Of a stretch of DNA of 64,000 nucleotides, positions 1 through 11,130 are shown one piece after another. Within the stretch, counting starts at the first letter, position 1; each line of letters opens with the position of its first letter. The stretch comes from an uncultured archaeon (lineage in GTDB: Archaea > Thermoproteota > Bathyarchaeia > Bathyarchaeales > Bathycorpusculaceae), in NCBI GenBank assembly GCA_963810275.1, contig CAWENF010000003.1, positions 64,001-128,000 on the forward strand. The letters run 5' to 3'. Under the pieces are notes generated by a model. That model was given only the letters and a program-made list of their open reading frames with translations. It was not told the origin of the DNA and ran no database searches. Made by a program: the position numbers and the translations under genes.

Positions 1-1
1 C

Positions 2-499
2 CAAACTACGCACCACATCGTTGATGTCTTCCCATTCGGCTTTGAGAAAAGTCACAGGCTTTACCACCACAACGTCTTCTTTGACGCTAAAACTTAGTAG
101 TTTACGTTGGTCAGGAGTAAACTCATTTTCCATTTTGGATGCATACCGGCTCAGCGGAGGCTGAGTGGGGCGAGGAACAAGAGGTTTAACTTCAGGAACG
201 AAAGTTGCCGCAGGTTTGGGCTCTGTTTTATTTGCTACTACATTGGAGGCTGGAGTGGGTTCAGTGAGCTTGGGTTCTGAAACAGAAGCATTTGAGGAGA
301 GTTCCAACGTGGGAAATTCGGGGGTGTCAGCTACATCACTAAAAGTGGCGCTTCTAATTACTAATGAAACCTGCTGCGTGAACAAATCCAATTTAGCGTC
401 CAAAAGTTCCACGTCAGAAGGCAAATTCAGGGTTGCGCCTTTGCCCTGCAATAGTGCGACAAGCTGATCAGGAGTAAGTTTTACAGTTCGGAGTTTCAT
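2..499 (-). CDS. Hypothetical protein, runs off the window start (MKLRTVKLTPDQLVALLQG...)
   Basis: Read by hand. ATG at 499-497 opens a frame with no stop to the window edge; Pro/Thr-rich middle segment. Not in the ORF track. Confidence 0.65.
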   Translation of the reverse strand, partial: MKLRTVKLTPDQLVALLQGKGATLNLPSDVELLDAKLDLFTQQVSLVIRSATFSDVADTPEFPTLELSSNASVSEPKLTEPTPASNVVANKTEPKPAATFVPEVKPLVPRPTQPPLSRYASKMENEFTPDQRKLLSFSVKEDVVVVKPVTFLKAEWEDINDVVRSL

Positions 500-598
500 G
501 CTGCACCAGATGCCTCTAAGCAACCGATAACATAAAAGCCTTGCCATACCAAGGAAACTGCGGTTTCTTGGGTAGAAAAAAAGGGAAAAAGGTGTTTG

Positions 599-1180
599 TT
601 AATGTTTTCTGTTTGCCAACCAGTCGGCAAAGTTACCTGAATAAACGCCCCAAGAGTGCAGACGGGGGGTAACTGCTCGGAGTAGTGATGGGCAGGCTAA
701 TGCGACGATGGGCAGGTTTAGGGCGTAGGTTCCAGGCAGCAGAGGCCATGCGACTTCGGCAGGGAATATACCGACGGCGACGAACTGCCAAAGTATTGCT
801 ATGGTGCCGATTAAGAGGGAAACTGCGTAGACAGATATGAGGACTGCAACTGCTTTGCCTGTTTTTGCTTGGGCTGCAAACCGCGGGATGAGAAACCAGT
901 TTATACAGTATATGACTACGACTGTTGTGACTTCAATCCATGCAAGATGCAGCGGTAAAGCTTCAACGTAGACTCCGCCAATGTAAGCACCTATCATGCT
1001 GCCGACCAGTCCGCTCCAACCGAACCATATGGGCACGACGCCTAGGAGGATGATGGGGAGGTAGAGGAAGGTGAAGTTGGGCAGGGCGATTATGTGTGAG
1101 AGGTAGAAGAATATGGCAAAGAGTGCGGCGACCATTGCCATTATGGAGACTTGTTTTGCTTTGCTTTGCTGTGCGTTCAT
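599..1180 (-). CDS. Integral membrane protein, ECF S-component/QueT-like
   Basis: 193 aa with about 5-6 hydrophobic helices; N-terminal 'AMVAALFA' pattern and 'PIWFGWSG..GSMIG' resemble S components. Confidence 0.55.
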   Translation of the reverse strand: MNAQQSKAKQVSIMAMVAALFAIFFYLSHIIALPNFTFLYLPIILLGVVPIWFGWSGLVGSMIGAYIGGVYVEALPLHLAWIEVTTVVVIYCINWFLIPRFAAQAKTGKAVAVLISVYAVSLLIGTIAILWQFVAVGIFPAEVAWPLLPGTYALNLPIVALACPSLLRAVTPRLHSWGVYSGNFADWLANRKH

Positions 1181-1286
1181 GTGAATCTGAGGTCTTGAGG
1201 GTTATTGTGAATAAAAACCTTGTCGACTGTAAGACAATTGTAATACAAGTTGACGGCTGGTTAATTAAACACAGTCAAGAAGAAAA

Positions 1287-4200
1287 TTAAGCGCCTATTT
1301 TGCTACGTCGAAGCATAACAATAGTCACAATTGCAGCACAAACAATCACAGCCACAATACCAGCCACAATAATTAACGAATCCATGGTCCACAGTTGTTC
1401 GACGGGTTCGAACACAATCTTCACATCGTTAATGCTAAAATGCGTCATGAACCACACGTAATAGTTTTCTACATCTTGCGTGTAGACTTGGCTGTCAATA
1501 GGCAAGTTGTCGATGTAGATAACGGGTTTTGAGCCCAAGGGCACCTGACTTTTAGGTATTGTGATGTTACTTGTACCGGTTGTGCCTGCTTCGCTTGTTA
1601 TGGTAAAGGATATGATTGTCGTTTGTTCGGTTTGGTCTGTTTGTATTTTTGCATTGCTGATTTGAGTTGCTGTGATATTGCCGCCGCTGATGACAATCTG
1701 GTCTGTGGTGGCACCATCGGTTTTAGTTACGTTTAACGGTTCAGGGACCGGCGTCTGTGTCGGCGAACGGGTCAGGGAAGGTGCAGACGTTGGTTGACGC
1801 GGTTGGAGTCGATGTTGGTTTAAGGTTAATGGTTGGGTTTGCAGTCGGCGAAGGAGTAGGCGTAGGGGTTGCAGTCACCTGCACAAATATGTTGATATTT
1901 GTCTGTGCAGTGTTTCCAGCCCCATCAGTGACCAACAATTTAACAGTATATGTACCTACGTCTAGATATGTGTGGGTTGGAGCTGCGCCAGTACTCGCTT
2001 CGGCATCTCCAAACTCCCAATAATAACTTGTAATACCAGAACTGTCGTGGCTAGCGGAGCCGTCAAAGGATACAGCGGTGCCTTGTATGATGGTTTGGCT
2101 GGAACCAGCGTTCGCTATTGGAGCAGTAACATCAAGAATAATTGATGCACTATAAGTAGAGGTTAAACCTGTGTTATCTTTGAACTGAACGTAAACAGTA
2201 TTGACACCTTCCTCCCCCTCCAAAGACCAAGACTTCGTGGTTATGAAACCCTGCCAGTCAGACCAATAGGAGTTGTCGTTTGAGAAACGCATCTCTGCCA
2301 CATTTGAATTGGCGTCGGTTAGCGATAACGTGAGGGTTACTGTGCCTGAGTTTGTATATTGTGTCCCGCTATTAATTTCAATTGAACCGGTTGGTGGAGT
2401 TGTATCGAGGATAATTGTATCCCGGTAGGTTTGGGAGGTTAAGCCTGCGTTGTCCTCAAACTTGGCATACACAGTTTTAGCTCCGTCGCCACCAGAAAGA
2501 GTCCACTGCTTGGTTGATAAGAAGCTCTCCCAACTATTCCAGGAAAGGTTATCATTTGAGAAGCACATCTGCGCCGAGCCCGAGTTAGTGTCAGTTAAGG
2601 TTAATGTGAGTTCAACGTTTGGCGCTGTTGTATAGGTTTCGCCTCCGTCGATGGTTATTGAACCAGTAGGGTTAGTTGTGTCAAGGATGATTGTGTCGTT
2701 GAACAACGAGTTTAAACCTGCGTTATTTTGGATTTGATAATAAACTGTTTTTTGGCCTTCGTCACTAGCCAACGTCCAAGGTTTAGTCGGAGCAAACGTT
2801 TCCCAAGTCTCAGTGTCCCATTTGCCGTCGTTGCTAAAACGAACTTTCAAGATCCCCGAAGTTGCGTCGTTTGCCGTTAGAGTTAAAGTCACCGATTTGG
2901 AGGTTGAGTAGGTGTTGCCGCCATCGATTTTCACGCTGCCTAAGGGGTTAGTTTTATCCAGTTTAATTCCAGACAAAGTGTGGTGAGTTTCTTCGTTTCC
3001 GCTGATGTCGGTGGTCCAGAACTCTAGCGTGTTGTCGGCAGCTTCTGTGGTGATTTGAGGCTGCCCGTCAGCTGCGACTGTTTGGATTTTGCCTCCGTTT
3101 ATTATATATGAGGTTTGTTTTACACCGAAGTAATCTTGGGCGGATAGGTTAATTTTGAAGTCAGATGTGTGCCATTGCTCGTCATAATCGTCTGTGGTTA
3201 TTGGCGCTGTGCCGTCAAGGAACCATAGCATCATGTTTTTGAACATGGCTTGACAATCTCTATCGTCAATCCAGTCGTCGGAGCCAACGCCGTTCCAGAA
3301 AACCACTTTGCCAGGTAAAGAATCTGTGGCTATGATTTTGGCGTGCTCGTCAGCTAACTTGGCTATGGCTACAGCGTTTCGGGTAGTTGTCGGCTTGTAT
3401 GGCGTCATTGTCGGTTTCAAGCCCCTTAATGTGGTATCCGACGGCGAAGTCGCCGTATCCGTTGTTCATAATTGGGTGTGTGTCGTCTTCGACAACTAAG
3501 TCGCCTTGTCCGGTGGCATCGCCTTCTGAAGTTGCTCGAACAACGTAAGCTAACAGAGCATCAGAGTAATATAACGAATCTATACCTGTGACGAGCAGGT
3601 TGCCGCCACGCTCCTCCAAATACGTGTTTAAGGTGCTTTGCTCCTGTGCGGATATGTTTCGGGCGTAGTTATAGGTAATCACAACAGGGTAACTGCTCAA
3701 AATGTCTAGATCGGAGGTGTAACTGTAGTAATAATTGTAGGAACGATAGTCATAGTTGATGTTCATGGAATCCAAAACGTTTAGCGTTGTCCAAAGCTCG
3801 TCGTTGTCAGAGATAATGGCAATTTTTTGACTTACAGGTATAATGCGAGTTCGCTCGTTATTGTCGATGCTTACTTCTTGGTATTTAGGCACCGCGTAGG
3901 CAGTTATGTTGCAAAAACCAGTAGGTAAAGCCATTAAAATTGAGACTTTCCCAGATTCCCCGCTTGCTAAGGTTCCAAAGTTGGAGCTTGCAACTATAGT
4001 TCCGTCAATGTACATCACGAGGTCAACATCGAATTCACTGGTTAACCCGAAGTTGAAAACTTTTGCCGTAAAATTCAAATTTGTTTGCGGCGTCCAGATT
4101 CTAGGAGTTTCTAAAGTTACTACCAAATCATGCTGGCTCGACTGCGCAATATATGGAACGTACCCTTTGATGGGCATCCAAATCCAATATGTGGTATCGT

Positions 4201-6328
4201 CAGGTGTAGTATAGATGTCGCTGAGTGAGAAGTCAAAAACCCCATCTGTTTCCAAATCACTATCGCTAACGCCAACAACAAAAGTAGCCGAGGAATTATG
4301 CGCATCAAGATAGAGAATATTTATAGGGTTAAAGACATCCCAAGCTCTTGTATCATAATCCCATCGCAATATCTGTGTTCCTTCGTTACCCACCAAAATC
4401 ATAAAATCAGCCCCAATGGAGTCGTTTTGTCCGGGATAATAGCTTTGAGGCATGCCTGTGCTTATGTTCTGGTCCGCATCAACCATTATGGCAGTATCGA
4501 TATCTTCAAGGGCATTGTTCCAGTTGTGGTAATAGTCCACTTTAAAGAATACAACTCCAGATTGGAGTTGGCTGTAAACTGCTTTGGGAGTACAGCCGAG
4601 GTTGTAGTCAGGGCCAGAAGCGATTTGCGTCCAGCCATCATTGTCGGGGTCAGCTACAACCAAATAATTTACAGCTAATTGGTTGTTGACGAAGCTGGTT
4701 TCGCTTTCGCCTAAAGCAGGCTTAACGTAGTAAGTCACGTTGTAGGTACCTAACCCCTTTGGAGTCCACGTGACTACTCTGGAGTCAGTGCGATAAGCCG
4801 CTAAATTGGATATTATATCAGAATCCACTTTTGTGCCGTTAACGATCAGGTAAAGTTCCACGTCTGTTTCATTCATTGAGCCCTTATTGACTGCTGTCAA
4901 ATTGAAGCTTTGAGCAAAACCCAGCATGGCATAGGAAGGTTTTTCCCAAGTCTGTGCTGCAAGGTCATGCTCGACAGGTTCTTCTTCTACGCCGCGTTGT
5001 GCGTTAACTAGACCATAGCCGAAGTAATTGTCAAAGCCAGGATCGCCAATGTCTTCGCAGGTTGCCTCCAGCTGGGCTCTTACGAACTGGTGCTGTCATG
5101 CTTGGGTACTGGCTCCAAATTAGGGCGGCCACGCCGGCCACGCCGGGGCAAGCCATAGATGTACCGCTTAGGCTAGCATAATTCAAGGGGTATCCGCGTT
5201 CGGTGTTTAAGGTTACAGTGTAATTTGGCATAGTCGAGAAGATACTAACACCGGGAGCGGCAACATCCACCCAGTTGCCGTAGGTGCTAAACGACGCCTT
5301 GCTATCATTTGATTCGTTGCAGAGACTGCTACTGCGTTTTCGTAGGCTGCGGGGTAGTGATATTGATCGGTGTTGTCGTTTCCCGCTGCCGCAATGAATA
5401 ACACACCATGCGAAGTCGCGTAGTCAACTGCAGCAGCTATTGTATCGCTTTGGTCGGTTCCACCCCAGCTGTTGCTTAAAATGTTGGCGCCTGCGTCGGT
5501 TGCATTAATAATGCAGTTAGCAAGGGTAAAATATGAACCGGACCCGGTTGCATCTAATCCTTTCTCAGCCATAATTTTGACGTTAGCTGTTCCAGCGATG
5601 CCTAAGCTGTTGTTTATGGTAGCGGCGATTATTCCTGCGCAGTGGGTTCCATGTCCATTATCGTCTTGGGGATATTGGTCATTGTTGACAAAGTCGTAAC
5701 CAAAAGGAATGTAGTTGTCTTGCAGGTCAGTATGGTTGTAGTCTATGCCTGTGTCGATGACTGCCACAAGCAAATCTGCGTTGCCCGAAGTGGAGTTCCA
5801 AGCAAAATCGACATTCATGCGTTTTGGTCCCCATTGTTGACTCCAAGAGGGGTCGTTTGGAGTTGAATCGATTCTGTATCTGCCGTTTGGCTCCACATAA
5901 TTTGGGATGCCAGAGTTATGCATTCGGTCAATAAAGCCAGAAGCTACAGAAACCGGCACTTTAACGACAAACGAGACTTTCTCACCCATAGAAATAGTGT
6001 CTATAACCTGTCCGCTGTTTTGGGAGATAAAACCAGTTACCTGGTTTTTGTTGGCGGCAGTGTTGTTTACTCCCACGATGAGTTCCAGCGTATTTTGGCT
6101 ATCGACGTAGCTATTGAGGTTCTCAGCATTTAAGTGAAGAGAAGCTTTTCCGCCTTTTAGGCCGTCAGAATGGTTTACACTTGAAAGATTACTTTGTAAC
6201 CCGCCGGAGTCACGATGAATATTAATCGAAGGAACGATTGCAGATGCAACAGCCACATTACTGCATGCAAGCAAGATGAATATTGTGAGTAAACATAATA
6301 GTTTAGAAAAACTATTTTGTGCCAACAT
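1287..6328 (-). CDS. Large secreted, membrane-anchored subtilisin-like (S8) serine protease with CARDB-like, Ig-like repeat and PKD domains; split by frameshifts into ORFs 5213-6328, 5031-5270, 3350-4927, 1741-3420 and 1287-1544
   Basis: Signal peptide; triad motifs VIDTG, HGTHCAG and GTSMACP; oxyanion motif AAAGN; PKD motif WEFGD..PTHTY; PT linker; C-terminal TM helix with basic tail. Confidence 0.8.
2130..2960 (-). repeat. Three tandem ~90-aa Ig-like protein repeats within the protease gene
   Basis: Recurrent LD.T.P.GSI.I..G..Y....V.LTL...D..S....FSND...W..W..F...K.W.L....G..TVY....N.GL.S in ORF 1741-3420. Confidence 0.75.
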
Positions 6329-6563
6329 TACCCCGGTGACCTTGGCATTAGTCTTAAAAACATATTATTTATAAGAATCGCCTTTCCGTCTTTTAGAAAC
6401 ATTAAAGGTGAGTCTGTTCCTATTACGTTCAGAAACCCTCTTTGGGAAGGGAGAGGGTAGTTTAAGCTGCTTCACAGGCGCTCCTCAACGACGCTTAATC
6501 ACATGCAGGGATTTTAAAAGTTTAGCAAATCAACGCTTATTGAGAAATAGCTTAGAGAAAAAA

Positions 6564-7085
6564 TTAGATATGTTGACTAAGTAATTTCTGCATATCCAAA
6601 GCTGAAAGGTCAAGGTTACATTTCGGGCAGGTCTTCTGGATCTCCTGCTTTGCACCCACCTTGAGTGCTGTTCCACAGTGAGGGCAGAAGTAAGTCAGGG
6701 TTTGTCCTCTCTGAACTAATTCTGATATCAATTCATCTATCGTCAGCGGCTTGGAAGTGCTTTGTTTGATTTTTTTGCGTGAAGACTCAGCTTTTTTCTT
6801 CACCGCCTCAACAACCTGCGGGTCAGTGCTTGTAGTGAAGTACTCGCATCGAGCACTCTGCACATAGGGCTCGTCAAGGTCAGTACCGTATAAGCCGCAG
6901 GTGCCAGTCTGGAAAAAGACACAAGCCATACAGCTGGTTTTACGGTATTCTGCGTCAAGCGTTTTGTAGCAGGTGGGGCAAACTTCGACTTCTTTGCCGT
7001 CTTTAACTGTGGTCAATGCAATTCCACGGTATTGTTGTTTGCAAACGGGACAGGTTGGCTTTGGCATAGTTATCCCAGAAAACAC
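6564..7085 (-). CDS. Multi zinc-ribbon (CxxC) protein
   Basis: CPVC, CPTC, CMAC, CPHC and CPKC motifs. Confidence 0.65.
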   Translation of the reverse strand: MFSGITMPKPTCPVCKQQYRGIALTTVKDGKEVEVCPTCYKTLDAEYRKTSCMACVFFQTGTCGLYGTDLDEPYVQSARCEYFTTSTDPQVVEAVKKKAESSRKKIKQSTSKPLTIDELISELVQRGQTLTYFCPHCGTALKVGAKQEIQKTCPKCNLDLSALDMQKLLSQHI

Positions 7086-7195
7086 TGATTTAACAGTTAT
7101 TTAATGTTAGCCCAAAAAATCTTTCACTCACATTTAAAAAAACATTTAGTCCCCAAAGCAACTGTTAAGGATAAACTAAATATCTAAAATGGGTA

Positions 7196-8065
7196 TTGTT
7201 TGGTATGGGATTTCAGCACCGGAAAAGCAAGCCAAACGGCAAAATAGGCGACTATGGCAAGTTTATGCGTAAAAAAGCCATTAAGAAACTTAAACAGCAA
7301 ACCAGCACCCACGAGAATGAACACCGAATTTTAACTCAAAAAGAAACATCAGAGATTACGCTTAAGAGGCTTCACATTTTGGGAAGCCAAAAATTTGGCG
7401 CCTCCCCTTACAGCGAACACTTTGAAAGGTGGCTTTTAAACATCGAGGCAGTAATAACCGAGTTCACTATGCACCCTGACATAGGTGTTGACGCCAAATT
7501 TCAAGATGAAACCAAAGAAGCATTGGATACGGTGAAGCGCCAGCTTATGGACCGAAAACAAGCCGAGGAGCTGATAAACCAGGACGCGGGGGAACTGGAA
7601 AAGTTTAGGGAACAACTTAAGCAAACGGATTTAGAGTACGCCATGAAAGCAATGGCCATAAAGGTGCGTAAGCGCAGAGAAACCAATCGGCTCAACACTG
7701 AAATCGAGTATCTTAAGCGCGAGCAGGACATGATTATCCGCTTGAAAACAGGGTTCTTCCGATTCAGATCTAAGCGGAAAAGGGAGGAAAAAGAGGCTCA
7801 AATTGTGCAGGACCTCAACAGCCGCCAAACCGAGTTAGAGTTGACGATTCTGGATTTCGCGGCAGAGCATAAAGAACTCAAAGACGACTATGACCAAAAA
7901 AGAGACCCACTATCCAAGCAGATTAAAAACCTGCAGAAAACCATCGGCATCTCCGAAACCGACGCCTCTTTGGAGGAGCGGTGGTTTGCCTGCGGAGCCT
8001 TAATCGACGCCGTGAACAGCTACCTGCAACGTAAAGCCGCCGCCTCACCTAAAGAGGAAACTTAG
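7196..8065 (+). CDS. Coiled-coil hypothetical protein
   Basis: 289-aa ORF with long charged helical heptad segments. Confidence 0.65.
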   Translation: MFGMGFQHRKSKPNGKIGDYGKFMRKKAIKKLKQQTSTHENEHRILTQKETSEITLKRLHILGSQKFGASPYSEHFERWLLNIEAVITEFTMHPDIGVDAKFQDETKEALDTVKRQLMDRKQAEELINQDAGELEKFREQLKQTDLEYAMKAMAIKVRKRRETNRLNTEIEYLKREQDMIIRLKTGFFRFRSKRKREEKEAQIVQDLNSRQTELELTILDFAAEHKELKDDYDQKRDPLSKQIKNLQKTIGISETDASLEERWFACGALIDAVNSYLQRKAAASPKEET

Positions 8066-8491
8066 AAGTCATCTTTGTCTATGCGGTAGATGTACCAGTC
8101 GAGGCCTTTTGCTCTGTTTTTTGGATCGAAATCCTGCGCTGGCTTATTCCACTTATCGCTTTAGTCTGCTGCTTGATGAAATCGAACATTGCTTTGCTTA
8201 CCCCTGTTTGCGGTAGTCTTCTTGCAAAGATGTCTTCCAAAAGGGTTGGCAAGCTAGAAAGGTAGAGTACGTGAAGTAGTATGTGAAGTAGCCTTCCGGT
8301 TTACCGTTGATTGTGGCAATGTATGCATGGTATCGGGGTTGAGCGGGTTGATAATCGCGGCGCAAGCTGGTTCTTGCTTCTTGGTCTGCCGGTGGGAGGT
8401 GCTCGTATTCGGGGACATCAGCGATTAAGATCAGTAAGGTACCAAAGTTTTCGGCGGTTACTTGTGTGATCTGGACAGTGTTTTGTTGCAT
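8062..8491 (-). pseudogene. GNAT family N-acetyltransferase (diamine acetyltransferase-like), frameshifted or partly deleted
   Basis: 'YYFTYSTFLA', 'EDYRKQG' and a C-terminal 'DWYIYRIDKDDF*' segment that is not contiguous with the upstream ORF; lies just outside the att repeat. Confidence 0.55.
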
Positions 8492-8667
8492 ACATGCACA
8501 TGTTTAGGATGGGACAAAAGCGCTATATTTTAGCAGAAAAACAGTGTTAAAGCTAAATGCAGGGCTTGCTTGAAGATTATTGCCAACCCAACTTCGCGTT
8601 TTTTTGAAAGGATTTAAAAACACTGTAAGGGCTAGCCAGAATTAACCCCGTTTGCAGTATTTTTTGG

Positions 8668-8699
8668 GTGGTGGCGGGGGTGGGACTTGAACCCACGAA
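8668..8699 (-). repeat. att site (tRNA-distal copy): tRNA T-arm plus acceptor 3' strand
   Basis: gtggtggcgggggtgggacttgaacccacgaa, identical to 17029-17060. Confidence 0.95.
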
Positions 8700-8774
8700 A
8701 GGACTTTTCTTTCCTGCTGAAAGAAAATCCCTGCCAAAAGAAAGGGCTTCATTTGGGTTTAGTTTGTTTTCCAT
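8668..8774 (-). CDS. int(N): N-terminal fragment of the split integrase
   Basis: MENKLNPNEALSFGRDFLSAGKKSPF-VGSSPTPATT reads through att in the same frame as int(C); GGAGA RBS-like sequence upstream of ATG 8774. Confidence 0.8.
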
Positions 8775-9104
8775 ATGTTATTTCTCCGTATCCTTATTTG
8801 ATACAATAATTAATCACTCAATAAACAAATATAAATGTATCACAATACGATACTTAAGTGACTACCGATGCATAAAGCCATCCTATCAGAACGTGAAAGA
8901 ACATCTACTAACCAAGTTCCTTGACGATGAACCCAATAACCGATGAAACCTTCCGCATGCTTAAAATGAGGATTAAGCGAAATTATCCCACCATAACTCA
9001 AGATTTTCAGCTAATCAGTCAACTATTAAATAAGCTGGAATCTTCCACATAGGGCTTATTTTTACCATATTTTATTTTAGAATTTACTTCTTTAATTATT
9101 GGAT

Positions 9105-9139
9105 ACCTTTTCCTGAGGTTGGGGTATACCACCCTCTAT
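9105..9139 (+). repeat. Boundary motif copy 1
   Basis: ACCTTTTCCTGAGGTTGGGGTATACCACCCTCTAT. Confidence 0.8.
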
Positions 9140-9278
9140 CAGTCATCATATGAACCATAGAACATAGTAATTGATCTTTTGATTAGTGGATTATTAGAAC
9201 AGTAAGCAATCTATTATTTACTCATCAATTAACTTTGGCATCATTTCTCTCATAGTAATTATTTGACTATTGAATCCT

Positions 9279-9309
9279 ATAGGGGGGTAGCATAGTTGTG
9301 GGAAAAGGT
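9279..9309 (-). repeat. Boundary motif copy 2 (degenerate right arm)
   Basis: Minus strand ACCTTTTCCCACAACTATGCTACCCCCCTAT. Confidence 0.7.
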
Positions 9310-9359
9310 CATTGATTTAAGTTACTGGTTTTTCATTGCCTTATTTGAGCATAATTTAA

Positions 9360-9920
9360 CTAAAATTGTCTTTCTGTTACATGATATGTCCTTTGGTCAA
9401 GTATTTGATTATTTAAGACAATTATTGCAATGAAGTCACTGTTATAAAGTTCAGAAAAATACGTGTCCAAGTTAACTGTTACAGCTAATTTGGTATCGAT
9501 TCTTTCACTTGGCTGAATTATATCAAATATTTGTGTTTTGTTAAAGGGGTCATTAGCAACCTCAGACCTTCTGACAATTAGAGTTAGACCACTAAAGTCT
9601 TTGTCTTCAAAGTTTTGAATCGCTACATCAAAATTTATGGACATTGCCACTCCACCAGGATTGTACCAGCCGTAGGTTGAGTTGAATTTCACTATTTTTA
9701 CATTATATATTTGAGTGATTGTCGGGTTTGGAGAAGGTGATGTAATGTTGAGTCTTGGTGAAGGTGTTGTTGGTATAGTGGTTGAAGTTGGTGTCGGTTC
9801 GGTTTCTGGCGATAAATCGTGCGACTGATTATTCAGTAGGTTATCGAATGAAAAAACTATGATAACGCTTGAGATTAAGACAAGTGTGAGAGTGATTATA
9901 ATTGCCTTTTTTGCAGATAT
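9360..9920 (-). CDS. Membrane-anchored/secreted protein: N-terminal hydrophobic helix, Pro/Thr linker, beta-rich domain
   Basis: ORF 9360-9692 stays open upstream (AKKAIIITLTLVLISSVIIVF...PTPTSTTIPTTPSP) to an ATA at 9920; no canonical start codon at the expected position. Confidence 0.6.
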   Translation of the reverse strand: MSAKKAIIITLTLVLISSVIIVFSFDNLLNNQSHDLSPETEPTPTSTTIPTTPSPRLNITSPSPNPTITQIYNVKIVKFNSTYGWYNPGGVAMSINFDVAIQNFEDKDFSGLTLIVRRSEVANDPFNKTQIFDIIQPSERIDTKLAVTVNLDTYFSELYNSDFIAIIVLNNQILDQRTYHVTERQF

Positions 9921-9978
9921 CCGTAAGCCCTCTTAATTTTTGATTATTTATCTCCGAATAAAAGCATTCTTGTATAGA

Positions 9979-10013
9979 CTTCTTGACTAAGACATAGTCA
10001 ACTTTTCTTGACT
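9979..10013. promoter_or_regulatory. Operator-like motif, copy A
   Basis: cttcttgactaagacatagtcaacttttcttgact; contains inverted repeat TTGACTA-N5-TAGTCAA and direct repeat TTCTTGAC. Confidence 0.55.
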
Positions 10014-10097
10014 TAGATGGCAGACCAGATTTCATACATAATAGAATTTGATAATTCTTTTAGTCAAAGTGCGTGTTTTTGTTTTTCTGTTTTTTGT

Positions 10098-10280
10098 TTA
10101 TCTTTTTGGTATAAGTATATCTGTATAGCAGAACCAGCTATTGCGAATAATGAGAAGTAAAAGAACTCTTTTGATGCCTCTGTTGGCTTGGGATAAAGTT
10201 ATGTAACCTCCAATTATGGCAATTGCAAACAGGGATATTGAAAGTAAAGACAAAAAACGATATTGTTTTGTTAGAGGCAT
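10098..10280 (-). CDS. Small hydrophobic membrane protein (possibly frameshifted)
   Basis: 60-aa ORF with a TM helix, downstream of operator-like copy B. Confidence 0.4.
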   Translation of the reverse strand: MPLTKQYRFLSLLSISLFAIAIIGGYITLSQANRGIKRVLLLLIIRNSWFCYTDILIPKR

Positions 10281-10346
10281 ATTTCCAATATTGTTTTATC
10301 TACTTTATCTAACTTGTTAATGTTACAAATACAAAAACTATACGGG

Positions 10347-10380
10347 TTTCTTGACTAAGCCACGTCACCGTTTCTTGACT
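10347..10380. promoter_or_regulatory. Operator-like motif, copy B
   Basis: tttcttgactaagccacgtcaccgtttcttgact, next to boundary motif copy 3. Confidence 0.55.
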
Positions 10381-10382
10381 AT

Positions 10383-10413
10383 ATAGGGGGTACACCTTGC
10401 CGTGGGAAAAGGT
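10383..10413 (-). repeat. Boundary motif copy 3
   Basis: Minus strand ACCTTTTCCCACGGCAAGGTGTACCCCCTAT. Confidence 0.8.
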
Positions 10414-10464
10414 AAGTATTTTTAACTTTATTACTGGTTTTTCGGTGCCTTCTGATAACTAATC

Positions 10465-11052
10465 CTAATTTATAGAATAGTATCTTTCAGCTAAAACTTG
10501 CCCATCATAAATGAGGGTAACCTGATAAGTCAAATCTCTAGCCTCAAAATAATGGTTTAAATCGACAAACAAGTCACATCTTGCTTGAGCTGATTGATTT
10601 GGCAAAACATACGGAATTGTAGCTTCACATGAATATTCGTTTTTAGCTACCTGATGTTCAGCTAAATTATGAATCAATACGGTTGCATTATTCATTTGAA
10701 CTAACCCTGTATTTGTAACTAGAACGTGAAAAGAAATGATAGTTGAAACTCCAACTACTACACTTGGATAAATTGTGTCATAAGTTATTGAAGTTATGTT
10801 TGCCCTAGCAAACGCTTGGTTTTTGACATCTTCTATATCATTTTCGATGTCTGAAATTTGTCTGGTCAGATTGGCTATTTGACTTGTTAGATTAGCAATC
10901 TTTATGTCTTTTTCATTTATTTGAGTTTCAAGTTGGGTAATTTCTGAATCTTTCTGAAGAGACGCATTATAGTAGTATAGCGTGCCACTCAGTGAAGTTA
11001 CTAGTAGCATAATAATGGCGGCAGTTACGATAATTAATCTGACCTTTTTCAT
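10465..11052 (-). CDS. Membrane-anchored protein: N-terminal TM, coiled-coil stalk, C-terminal Ig/CARDB-like domain
   Basis: Likely start MKKVRLIIVTAAIIMLLV at 11052 (ORF track extends to 11118); heptad repeat ITQLETQINEKDIKIANLTSQIANLTRQI; 'FHVLVTNTG' beta domain. Confidence 0.7.
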   Translation of the reverse strand: MKKVRLIIVTAAIIMLLVTSLSGTLYYYNASLQKDSEITQLETQINEKDIKIANLTSQIANLTRQISDIENDIEDVKNQAFARANITSITYDTIYPSVVVGVSTIISFHVLVTNTGLVQMNNATVLIHNLAEHQVAKNEYSCEATIPYVLPNQSAQARCDLFVDLNHYFEARDLTYQVTLIYDGQVLAERYYSIN

Positions 11053-11096
11053 AGTTTTAGGTTTATTCAATTCAAATAAAAGCGTTCTTGTCCAGA

Positions 11097-11130
11097 CTTC
11101 TTGACCAAGCCCTGTCAACGTTTCTTGACC
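11097..11130. promoter_or_regulatory. Operator-like motif, copy C
   Basis: cttcttgaccaagccctgtcaacgtttcttgacc, next to boundary motif copy 4. Confidence 0.55.

Noticed and set aside
8668-8699. Second tRNA gene
   Set aside because: Only the T-arm and 3' acceptor strand are present; this is the att duplication.
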